Of a stretch of 64,000 nucleotides of DNA, positions 24,952 through 35,657 are shown piece by piece. How positions within the stretch are numbered: position 1 is the first letter of the stretch; each line of letters starts with the position of its first letter. Source of the stretch: Hypanus sabinus. Lineage: Eukaryota. Under the pieces are notes generated by a model that saw only the letters and a list, made by a program, of their open reading frames with translations, did no database searches and was not told where the DNA came from. Location of the stretch: the NCBI RefSeq assembly GCF_030144855.1, contig NC_082727.1, forward strand, positions 40,114,001-40,178,000, in the 5' to 3' direction. The position numbers were made by a program, and so were the translations under genes.

Positions 24952-26334
24952 ATCTACAATGTGTTAGATTAACATGTAGAATTTTTGTTTTTATTATAGT
25001 TTAACTTACCTAGGCTTGCATGTATCTTTACATAATCATTTATATAAAGTAATTGCTCAGTGAATGTTCCAGTAATTATGGTACAGTTCCTTCTGCATTT
25101 TTCTAGAAGTTTGTCAGTAGCAGATGTCACTGCACTTGAATCAGTCTATTTCACAGGGTAATTGTTATCATTGGAGAGTCTTGCTGTCTGTAGTCTTCAA
25201 GTTTAAGTTTAATTGTAATTCAGCCATACACATGAATACAGCCAAATGAAACAGAGTTTCTCTGGGGCACAGGTGAAAAACTTAGTACCAACAGTCACAC
25301 AGCAGAAGGCACAAGTAGCACAAATAATTATGATAGCAGAAAAACATAAGATCACAAATAAAAATAATAATACACCCTGAGTTCCTCAGTGTGGTGGCCT
25401 GTAGATTGATGGTGCATGAGGTGTTAGCCTGGAGCCACATTTCTGCAAGAGCAAGCGTGCAGCACTTCTCATCACATGCTACTGCAGCCATGGGTGGATG
25501 TATTCCAGCTTGATTTCCACTGAGCAAACACTGGAGGGCAGCACCAACAGGAGGGGCCAGCCTCTCTGCTCTCCCCCACACCACCTCTGGTGTCACCTCA
25601 CCTAGGCAGCTGCTACAGGCAGCCCTGTGGCTTGAGAGCCTGCTCCATGCAGCAACCAAGGCCACGCCGCTCCTCTGCTGTCAGGCTCGCAAACAAACCG
25701 GTGAATTGGAATTGCATCATTCTACGTTACCGCAACCACATGAAAAACGTCCAAGACAATCATTTGCACCACCTGTTAGACTGCGCACTGCCTCCATCGC
25801 AGTGTAGCAGTGTACACTACAAGTCCATCTCCACTACTGTGGAGCAACTCGATAGTGAGGTTGACTTGGAGTACTTGATGTTCAGTGTCTTGCGATCATA
25901 ATGAAAAGGTAAAGGAAGAATAACTACACCCTTGATTGGACCCAGAGAGGTTTTTGCAATTGAGCATCCAGACATCTTAATAGTCTTGAGTATGAAATGG
26001 CCATAATTGCTTTATTTCTATGTTCTCTCAGCTCTTCTTCCATTGTACTTTCTTTATTCTTGTAAAACTTAATAATATGGGCATAGGCAACAAGTTTTAT
26101 GCCTCGTTCTTGACTTGCAAAAAAAATTCTAGACCTCAATATCACCAAGATCCAACAAATGTTCACAAACATTCAAAGAACACCAAGGAGGTGTATGAAA
26201 AAAATCAAACTAAAAAAAATCAGATTATTCAAAAAACTAAGATTGGAAACAAAACACGTACTTAATAATTAAATACATTTACATTGACCAAATTAAATCA
26301 AATAAAGAGATCTCCTTAAGCACTAATAGAGTTC

Positions 26335-26765
26335 TGCTACAAGAAAGAAGCATCCATCATTAAGGACCCCATGCTGTCTTCTTGCTTCTACCCTCTGGCA
26401 GGAGGTACAGGAGCCTTAGGTCCCAAACCATCAGGTTAAAGAACAATTATTATGCTACAACCATCAGACTCCTAAACTAGCATGAATAACTTCACTCACC
26501 TAAACACTGAACTTTCTCCACAACATATAAACACACTTTCAAGGACTCAACAACTCGTGTTCTCGGTAATATTTATTTATTTATTATTTACATGATTTGT
26601 TTTTTTGCACATTGGTTGTTTGTCAGTCATTGTTATTTATACTCTTTTTAAATAAATTGTATTTCTGTAATTGCCTGCAAGAAAATGAATCTCTTAGATG
26701 AAAAATCTCTTAGAAAATGAAAATGAATGTACATAGTTCGATAAATTCACTTTGAAATTTGACTT
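26335..26765 (+). mobile_element. Rex1-type LINE 3' end
   Basis: ASIIKDP..LLPSGRRYRSL relic and AT-rich tail. Confidence 0.7.
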
Positions 26766-27117
26766 TAAAACTTTTATGGAGAAGTACAGCCACATTTCAT
26801 TGAAGCTACAGTGCACAGGTGAAAGAATTGCTCTGATGTATTAAAAATGTCAGATATGTATATAATCATTGCTTTAACTCTCACACACAGTGGAACGGGT
26901 AAAATATATTCACGCACTGGGAGATTCCCACCTGCAATTGAACTAACAAAACACTCCAATATCTATAGTTTCCTGGCTGAACAATGATTAGAGAGGAAGC
27001 AAAGAATTAGGCTTCAATAACAGAGTTTAATTTGTTTTATTTTCAGTACTCTACAAGGTGAACCATTTTCATAAACCATGTATGTTGGAATGAAATGGAA
27101 ATGTCAGTCATACTGTT

Positions 27118-27307
27118 TATAAAACGCAAACTCGAGGAAATCTGCAGATGCTGGAAATTCAAGCAACACACACAAAATGCTGGTGAAATGCAGCAGGCCA
27201 GGCAGCATCTATAGGACGAAGCGCAGTCGATGTTTTGGCTGGGACCACTTCTTCCTATAGATCCTGCCTGACCTGCTGCGTTCCATCAACATTTTGTGTG
27301 TGTTGCT
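27118..27307. mobile_element. Penelope-derived palindromic element with 14-bp TSD in the last RBP4 intron
   Basis: tcagtcatactgtt at 27104-27117 and 27308-27321; internal ~55-bp inverted arms. Confidence 0.8.
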
Positions 27308-27485
27308 TCAGTCATACTGTTGGTGTCTTCTAAGTATTCTGTTAATTTCTTAAATTTTCTTCCAATTCTGATATTACTATCATTTTTTTTAAGAATAAGC
27401 CATTCTAATCCATTGATGTTCATGCTACAGATGGTTGAAGTTACAGTTTCAGTATCTAAATGATGTAGTTTTGTTTCTTGTGCAG

Positions 27486-27499
27486 GTTCATGCCCATAG
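27486..27499 (+). CDS. RBP4: Retinol-binding protein 4, terminal coding exon (G-S-C-P-stop)
   Basis: Acceptor ttttgtttcttgtgcAG then GT TCA TGC CCA TAG. This completes the conserved C-terminal G-x-C (sixth cysteine) and is followed by AATAAA at 27669. Total CDS 588 nt, 195 aa. Confidence 0.82.
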
Positions 27500-27668
27500 A
27501 TCCACTGGAATAATACCACCTTGGCAATGTTCATGGCTGTGAGGATTGGTCTGGAGCACTACACCTGGATCAGGTTCAGTCACAATGTCAATATACTGTA
27601 TTTTTCTAAGCTTAACATTTTAAGTGCAAGTGGATTTCCAGTCATGCATTGCTTTTTATTATATATCA

Positions 27669-27674
27669 AATAAA
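27669..27674 (+). terminator. RBP4 polyadenylation signal
   Basis: First AATAAA downstream of the predicted stop codon (170 nt away), followed by GT/T-rich sequence. Confidence 0.65.
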
Positions 27675-28164
27675 GTTATGACAAACACTTGTGTATAGGT
27701 CTTACTTCTATTTTAATTAGGGTCAGTATCACAGATTAGTTAGGTCAACAGGAAGAAAGTTTCCTGTTGACCTAACAAAATATCAATGGAGATGTCAAAT
27801 TGGAGAATCTACATAGTCTTGATACACCTACCAATCCTATCTGTCTGTAGTTATTATGATGGGAATTGTAGGAAGAGCATTTAATTATGCATTATTCCTC
27901 CAGTAATTATGTTATAACAGACAACTTCTTACACAGATTTAATAAGAAAGACAATAACAATCGCCAAAACACAAATACGATACACATGTAACAATATTTA
28001 TTGTTAATCTCAGGGCCTGAAGACCCACACTCAACATTCTAAGAACATCTTCTTCCCCTCCTCCATCAGAATTCTGAACAGTCAATAACCTGTAAATACT
28101 TCCTCACACTTATTGCTCCATTTTTGTGCTACTTATTTATCTTTATAATATATATATTATATAT

Positions 28165-28525
28165 AGTAGACAGCCATCAACCCCAGGGGATCATAGATCT
28201 GTGTCTCTGGTGGACAGTGTCCTCTCTAGGGCACAAGCCTGGGCGGGAAGATTTGAAGACCCAGCTGGTGCCCATGCAGCGGGTTCCCCCTCTCCATGTC
28301 ACTGATGTAGTCCAAGGGAAGGGCAAGCGCCGATACAGCTTGACACCAGTGTCATTGCAGAGATTGCTAGAATGAAGTTGTAAACAACATCAAACTGCCT
28401 TAGGGACCCTGTCTCTGGATTTCTTCGTCAGGGTTTACTCCCAAAGCCTTTCCCATGGGTGGGTCTGGCCACAAGGCTGTGGGGGTTTCAAATCAGAGCT
28501 TCCTTCTCCTGGGTGGGCTGCCACA
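28165..28525 (-). mobile_element. RTE-related repeat between the RBP4 and FFAR4 3' ends
   Basis: GC-richer island with ggtttactcccaaagcctttcccatg and ttccttctcctgggtgggctgcca, resembling RTE 5'-UTR motifs. Confidence 0.4.
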
Positions 28526-28692
28526 GTACTGCTGTTGAAAACAACAAATTTCACAACATATGTTTGTGATAATAAACCTGATTCTGATTCTGATTTGGAA
28601 TTAGGTCTCACACCTGAGGGTACCCAACTGGACTTGGTCAAATTTCAATAATGTAATTAACTCTGTGAAGATCAATTCTCCTACTTGACAGT

Positions 28693-29115
28693 TCAATTAC
28701 AAATAATAGAAGGTGGTGTTTGTTGATCTTGACTTCTGGCTTTCTTTAGTGCGTTTACTTTGGCCAAATTTCTACGTTTTTTAAAATGGGATAAATGGAA
28801 GAAATGAAGTACATGTTGCCGTTTGGTCTTGACTTGAGTGGAACCATACAAAATAGGGTTCACAGCTGAGTTGGTAAGTGTAAATGCACAAACCCAGAAA
28901 AACCACGTGGACGAGAGTAACAAGTCACTCTTAAAGTTCTGTGCTAGAATCAAAAAGATAATGAGAAAAATTGGAGTCCACATGATAAAGAAGGAGATCA
29001 TGAGTACCAGAAGAGTGCGGAAAAGCTGATAATCCTGCTTGGAAACTCGAATCTGTTGTTGGTAAGGTGAGCACGGCCTGTTGGCTTGCAGTCTTCTCTT
29101 GGCAGTCTTGATAAT
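28693..29115 (-). CDS. FFAR4: Free fatty acid receptor 4 (GPR120), exon 3 (ICL3, TM6, TM7, C-tail)
   Basis: Acceptor ttttatgcAG; IIKTAKRRL...QIRVSKQDYQLFRTLLVLMISFFIMWTP...FFWVCAFTLTNSAVNPILY...SIICN-stop; matches human QIRVSQQDFRLFRTL and NPILY. Confidence 0.96.
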   Translation of the reverse strand: MIKTAKRRLQANRPCSPYQQQIRVSKQDYQLFRTLLVLMISFFIMWTPIFLIIFLILAQNFKSDLLLSSTWFFWVCAFTLTNSAVNPILYGSTQVKTKRQHVLHFFHLSHFKKRRNLAKVNALKKARSQDQQTPPSIICN

Positions 29116-29260
29116 CTGCATAAAAGTTACATCATTCCACTGTGAAAGATCATTGTCAAACCTTGCATTCAATCTGTGATATGGAAAGCTATTAATCCAG
29201 ATTTCTAAGCAAGTGGTATCATCACAAGTATAGCTAATTGAGACCAGGTGGATGATATGA

Positions 29261-29440
29261 GACTCTGAGCAGAGGGCTGTGGGAACGGTGGGTGACTCTG
29301 TGCAAGGGACTGTGCATAACTGGGCATTGGACTGAGGGGGACAGTGTGTGAGTCTGGGCAGCTGGCCACATGGGATAATGAATGGCTCTGGGTAAAGGAA
29401 TGTGTAGTATTGTGTGTGACTCTGGGCTGTGGACAATATG
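29261..29440. repeat. Degenerate ~33-bp minisatellite in FFAR4 intron 2
   Basis: Recurring gactctg(g/a/t)gc..ggg(a/c)tgtgg..tgtgtgt units; accounts for the spurious N-terminal extension of ORF 28693..29505. Confidence 0.5.
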
Positions 29441-29954
29441 CAACAGAGAGTAACTCCAAGCAGGGGTCTGTGTGGAACTGGAGATGAAAGCAGATGGAGG
29501 TCCATGCCTGACAGTGAATGACTCAGAGCATGGGCCCAACGGGGCAGCGGGAGACTCCAGAAGACAGTCCATGCACTATAGTGAGTGTCTGCAGGTGCTG
29601 ATCAATGTGAGAAAGCGCACAGCCCTGTACCACGAGCTGTGCAAGACATTAAGCAGCACCTTTGAGCAGCCTGTTATGTCCAGCACAATCTGGCTCACTG
29701 AGTTCGAAAAGTACCAGAGCTTGTACTAAATTGAATTTTATGTCTTGAGACATCTACGTTGTTGGACTTATTTGCTCATGGATAATTGGTATTCAACAAA
29801 AGTTTTGTTTACTTTATTTAACTACGACAGGTTTTAATGAAAAAGTCGTGCTCTTGAAATCTACATATTTCTTTCTCCACTAATGCTGCCTGACCTGCTG
29901 GGTATTTCCAGCATTAAGTGTTTTGATGTACAACAGTTAATGAAAAGCAGATAC

Positions 29955-30083
29955 CTTTAACATTTTTGTGTAACTGATGACAATAATTACTCCTGGAATA
30001 GCAAATTCAACCAGGCTGTAGAATACATCCCAAATGATCTCTTGCATCATACTTGGCCAGACCAGTGTGCAAATCTGATACAC
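29955..30083 (-). CDS. FFAR4: Free fatty acid receptor 4, exon 2 (ECL2 and TM5)
   Basis: Translated by hand (not in the ORF track): VYQICTLVWPSMMQEIIWDVFYSLVEFAIPGVIIVISYTKMLK, 129 nt, phase 0/0; acceptor tttaaacAG, donor AAG|GTATCT; aligns with human ICTLIWP..EISWDV..PGLVIVISYSKILQ. Confidence 0.95.
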
Positions 30084-30244
30084 CTGTTTAAATATAGAAA
30101 GCATTGTATTACATGGAATGTAGATTTATTCTACCAACTGAATGGTTAACCTCTGGATACACTATGATGAATCTAATCAAAAGTATGAACTAAGAATAGG
30201 AGAAGCTTATATGTGCCACAGTGATTGTGGTACCATTTAATCTT

Positions 30245-33130
30245 CATCTAGATCAGACAAATCAACCTGGAAGAAGTAGTCTGGGGGACAAATTCAGTGA
30301 ATTTGTTTAAGATGCAGAAAAACTTGGGAACCAGGAGCAAACAAAAAGGATATTCAGAGGCATGACAGAGGAGCTGGCCAAAGTAGAATGAAAGGGTACA
30401 CCAGCAGAGGTGATGGCAGAGCTGAAATGGCTGGAGTTTCTGGGAACAATTCCAAAGGCATAGGATAGACACATTCCCAAGGAGAAGAAGTATTCTAAAT
30501 GCAGGATGACACAATTGTGGCTGACAAGGGAAGTCAAAGGCAACATAAAAACAAAATCAAGGGCATATCATAGCGCAAAAATTAGTGGGAAGTTAGGGAA
30601 TTGGGAAACTTACAGAAGGCAACTAAAAGGACCTAAAGGAGGAGAAGATGAAATATGAAGTTAAGCTAGCCAACAATATCAAAGAGGTTACCAAACATTT
30701 TTCAGATATATAAAAAGTAAAAGAGAGGAGAGGGTATGTATTGGACTGCTGGAAAATGACACTGCAGAGTTAGTAACAGGGACAAGGAAATGGCAGATGA
30801 ATTGAATAAGTATATTTAATCAGTATTCACTGTGGAAGGCACTAGCAGTGTGCTGGAAGTTTGAGTGTCAGCTGGCAGAAGTGAGTGCAATTACTGGGAA
30901 GAAGGAGTTTGGAAAGCTGAAAGATCTGAATGTAGATAAGTCTCCTGGACAAGATTGACTTCACTGCAGGGTTCTGAAAAAAGTAGCTGAAAGTGAATGT
31001 GGGTCTTTTAAGAATCAATAGATTCTGGCAAGTTTCCAAAGGACTGGAAAATTACAAAGTCGCTTCACATTTCAGGAAGGGAGGGAAGAAGAAGAAACCA
31101 AATTATAGGCAGTAAGTCTGACTTCAGTGGTTGGGAAGATGTTGGAATTGATTGTTAAGGATGTGGATTTGGAGTTCTTGGGGGCACATGATAAAGTAGG
31201 CCAAGGTCAGCATAGCTTCCTTAAGGGAAAATCTTGCCTGAAAAATCTGTTGGAATTCTTTGAAGAAATAACAAGTAGAACAGACAAAGGAGAACTGGTA
31301 AATGTTGTGTTGTTGGATTTTCATAAGGCCTTTGACAAGGTGCCACACATGAGGCTGCTTGATGAGGTAAGAGCTCACTGTATTACAGGGAAGACACTAA
31401 CATGAATAGAGCATTGGCTGAATGGCTGAGGCAAAGAGTGGAAAGGGAGACTTTCCCGATTGGCTGTCAATGACTAATGGTTTCTGCAGGAGTTGATGGA
31501 AGGACTGCTTCTCTATATGTTTTTATGATTTGAATGACAAAATTGATGGATTTGTGGCCAATTTTGCAGATGATATAAAGATAGGTGGAGGAGCAGATAT
31601 TGTTGAGGAAACAGGGAGACTGCAGAAGGACTTGGACAAATTAGGCAAATGGGATACAATGTGAGGAAGTATATGGTCATGCACTTTTGTAGAAGAAATA
31701 AATGCATAGACTATGTGTAAATGAATAGAAAATGTTTAAATCCTCATGGAGGATTCCCAAAAAGTTAGTTTGCAGGTTGAGTTTGTGGTTAGGAAGTTAA
31801 ATGAAATTTTAGCATTCATTTCTTTTTTCTTTTTCAATATTTTTATTGATTACTTGCATAGACGAATACAAATACATTATACTATTATGAAAACAGAAAC
31901 AAAGTTGAAATGCCCCATATCTGTATATAGTAAATGAAGCATAATATCCCTAGCGTAGTAACCCAATTTCCCTCGGGATCAATAAAGTATGTCTGTCTGT
32001 CTGTAATATTGAAAAGGTATATTTTATTCTAATCTAAAACAAACTCAAAACCCCATAACAAAAAAAAAGAAAAGGAGAAAAAAAGATAGCTGTTTGGTTA
32101 AAATAAAAGAAAAAAAAATCCTGAACATAGTCATAAATTCAAACATATAATAGCCATCATCATTGCTGAATAAGTCAAAGATTTTGAAAGTAGTTCCAAA
32201 AAGGTCCCCATAATGTGAAAAAATTCTGTCTAGGTAAAGAAATAGAACACCTAATCTTCTCTAGATTTAAACATGACGTAACATCAATCAACCAATGGGC
32301 ATGAGTAGGTGGAGCGGCATCTTTCCATTTAAGCAACAAAATTCATCTGGCTAAAAGAGAAATAAAAGCCAAAATACGCAAATCATTCGGCTTAAGAGCA
32401 AAATCATTTCCTCCAACAATGCCAAACAAGGCAGAAGGTTGGGTTTAAAGTTTACTTTAAAAAGCTCTAAGAAAGCATTCATTTCGAGAGATCTGGAAAA
32501 TAAAAGCAAAGATGTAATGCTGAGGCTTTAGAATGCACTGGTGAAGCCTCACTTGGAGTATTATGAGCAGTTTTGGGCCCCTTTATTTAAGGAAGTATGT
32601 ACTGACATTGGACAGGATTCAAAGAAGATTCATCTGCTGACATTGGAGTGTGTTCAGAGGAAATTCACGAGAATGATTCCTGAAATGAAAGGCTTATCAT
32701 ATGAGGAGCAATTGATGGCTCTGGGCCTTTACTTGTGGGAATTTAGAAGAATGAGGGGTCATCTCATTGAAACCTATTGAATGTTGAAAAGCCTAGATAG
32801 AGTGGATTTGGAGAGGATGTTTCCTATGTTGAGGGAGTCTAGGACCAGAATAGAGGGATGTCTATTTAGAATGGAGATGAGGAGGAACTTCCTTTGCCAG
32901 AGAGTGGTGAATCTATGGAATTTGTTGTCAGAAGTGGCTGTGGAGGCCCGGTCATTGGGTGTATATCAGGCGAAGGTTGGTAAGCTCTTGATTAGTCAGG
33001 GATAGAAAGGTTATGGGAGAAAGGTAGGAGAATGGGGTTAAGAGGGAAATGGATCAGCCATGATGAAATGGCGAAGCAGCCTCGATGGACTGAAAGGCCT
33101 AATTCTGCTCCTATGTTGTATGGTCATATG
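30245..33130 (+). mobile_element. Long degenerate CR1-type LINE in FFAR4 intron 1, interrupted by L1
   Basis: QHSFLKGKSCLKNLLEFFEEIT..LDFHKAFDKVPH, PHLEYYEQFWAP, QRVVNLWNLL relics; 3' tail at ~33100. Confidence 0.9.
31823..32473 (-). mobile_element. 5'-truncated L1-type LINE with 12-bp TSD
   Basis: agcattcatttc at 31811-31822 and 32474-32485; minus strand RILAFISLLAR*ILLLKWKDAAPPTHAHWLIDVTSCLNLEKIR; A-rich tail. Confidence 0.85.
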
Positions 33131-33309
33131 GTTTAAAAGAACGGTCCTGCCAGGCAATAGAAGATAGAAGAAATCCAATAACAGAAGTGATAACATGAAA
33201 TAAAAAAGTGCAGAAGGTGAAAATGCAGAAAATGCCAAAACATTGTTGTAGGTCGAGAATACAAATGCTGGAAATCCTCATTCTCTGAGATTGTCAGACA
33301 TCACTAAGG

Positions 33310-34270
33310 GTGATTGCAGAACTTGGTAGGTCAGGCACAAATCAACGGCTAGAAATGGAGAGTTGACACTTTGGACTGAATTTGCTCTGCAAAGTAATGT
33401 GAAGGTGTGATAGCTAGTATGGAAATGTGAGGGAAGGGTTGAACAAGGTCTGGCAAGTGATAGGTATATTGGGATGAGAGGGTGATAGGCAAGCGAGGGC
33501 TGGAATAGGTGGAAGAGGTAAAGGAGTGGAGATGATGGAATGTCATAGGAGAGGTTGTTGGAACTTGGAACAGAGAGAAAGAGGTAGGAAGGGAACCAGC
33601 AGGAGAAGTGTTGGCGATGGGTAGATGGAGAAAGTAGGGGAGGGGAAAAATATGGGATGATGGGGACCAGTTGGATCAGGAGGAGAGAGAAAATGGGAAA
33701 AGGGGGGGAAGGGACAGAGTGGTTACTAGAAGTTTCTGGTTACTGGTGGAGAATGGATAAAGGAGTTATGGAGAAAATAGTCGCTGAAGAGAGTGAATAT
33801 GTGCCTGGTGATGAGCCTCACTGTAGGTGACGGAAGTTGTGAGGAACGATTATGAAGAACTGAATTGATTCTACAACCTATGGACTCACCTTTCAAGGAC
33901 TATACAACTCATGTTCACTATATTATTTACAACTTATTTATTATTTACACAGTTTGTCATCTTTATTGGTTGTTTGTCTTTGTGTGTAGTTTTTCAATTG
34001 ATTCTATTGTATTTCTGTGTTTCTACTATGAAGGCTTGCAACAAAATGAATCTCAGGTAATATATGGTACCATATATGTATCTTAATATTAAATTTACTT
34101 TGAACTTTGATATGTTGGATGTACCGGTGGGACGGTAGGTGAGGACTAACAAAACTCTATCCCTGTTCTTCCTGGTTGGGGGGAGGAGAAAAGGGAATAG
34201 GGTGAGAGCAGAAATGTGGGAAGTAGGGGAGATGTGGGTGAGAGTGACATCAATAGTAGTGGATCAGATG
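33310..34270 (-). mobile_element. Penelope-like element fragment, interrupted by a LINE tail at ~33858-34110
   Basis: Purine-rich tract like 8530-8830, with a terminal ggtcaggca motif and coding relic. Confidence 0.55.
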
Positions 34271-34339
34271 TGGCAAAAAATAATAAACTGAAAAAAGGTC
34301 TGTAGAATGAGGGTTAATTGAAGGATGCTATTGGTGGTG

Positions 34340-35110
34340 TCCTCTCCCATACCTCCTCCATTTCCTGCCATTCTGCCCTCAACCCATCTCAGGCCTTAAT
34401 TGTCCTTACTGGTGAGTTAATACTTCACACTTGAGTCCATTGGTGTCATTTATTTCATCCGACAATCCCGGTGTGGCCTCCCTACGTCGGTGAGACCAGA
34501 CACAGATTGGGGAAACAACTTCATCAAATATCTCCAACCACTATGTCAGCCAGGGTCAGCCATTTCAATTTCACTTCACAGTCCAACATCAACATGTCTG
34601 TCCATGACCTCTTCCCTGCCAGGTCACAGGAAAATGAATATTAGGAGAACAACACCTCCTATTCTGCCTGGCAATCTCCAACCTGGCTGCAAAAAGGTCA
34701 AATTTTAAAACTTCCACTCTGCACATCTCTTTTCTCTCACTTTTGTTTTTTTTCTCTCTCTCTCCTCTTGATCTAACTGGTTCCCATTACTCTACCTTTT
34801 CTCTATCTGACCGTCACCACTGCCTTCAGCTATGACATGCCATCATCTCCAGTCACTTCCATTTATTACCTCCCAGCTTTTGACGTTATTCCAACTCTCA
34901 CCTTCCTATCACCTCCCCCACTTCACCTGGAGCCATCTGTCACTTACCAGTTCCTGCTCCACCCCTTCCCTCCACCTTTTAACACTAGATATATTTTCCT
35001 TTCTTTCTAGACCAAATGAAGGATTTTGACCAAAAGCATCAACTGCCTTATCTCTCCCCTTAGATACTGCCTGACCTGCTGAATCCTTCTGCATTTGCAG
35101 GTTCTTGTGT
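34340..35110 (+). mobile_element. Penelope-like element with decayed GIY-YIG endonuclease
   Basis: 34430-34510 reads ESIGVIYFIRQSRCGL(P/-)YVGETRHRLG (one frameshift), the PLE GIY-YIG signature; followed by an EEQHLLFCLAI relic, pyrimidine tract and terminal gatactgcctgacctgctga. Confidence 0.8.
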
Positions 35111-35657
35111 CCCTGAAATTGTTGAATTATATTTTGTGTCTGTAATGTGGCTAGTTGAAAGATCAGGTGCTGTCCTCGGAGACAGTTTAGGAGGCAAAAG
35201 ACAGACGAACAAATAAAGTGGAAGTTTAAGGTCACATTTGCAGATTGTTTGCAGATTTTCAGTAAAAAATATCACCTAATCTGAGTTCTACTTTCCAACA
35301 GCCAAGGTATTTTGTCATTAGATAGATTAGGTGAATGGGCACAAAGGTGACAATTGAGTGTAATACAGAGAAATACTAAATGTTTCACTTTGATAGCAGG
35401 AATAGAAAATATGATTTTCTGTTAAGTGGTGAAAAACTAAAATGTACTCATGTCTAGAGGAACTTGGATGTTAACACACAGGTACAGTGAGCAAATAAGT
35501 CAGCAAATAGGATATTTGTCTTCTGCATGTGGTTGGAATATTTGACTAAGAAAGTCTTGTTGAATTCTAAAAGACTTTGTTGAAACCACAGCTGGACTTA
35601 CTGTGTACACTGTTGCTATCCTTACAGGAAGGAGGAAATAAATTTCTCTAGGGAATA

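Noticed and set aside
15540-27499. Purpurin (RBP4-like retinal lipocalin) instead of RBP4
   Set aside because: KFKLKYWG...LQKG.DDHW is RBP4-type, and the neighbouring genes are those of RBP4.
29116-29505. N-terminal ~130 aa of the 270-aa ORF as extra FFAR4 sequence
   Set aside because: Intron 2 read-through over a minisatellite; homology starts at the AG acceptor before 29115.
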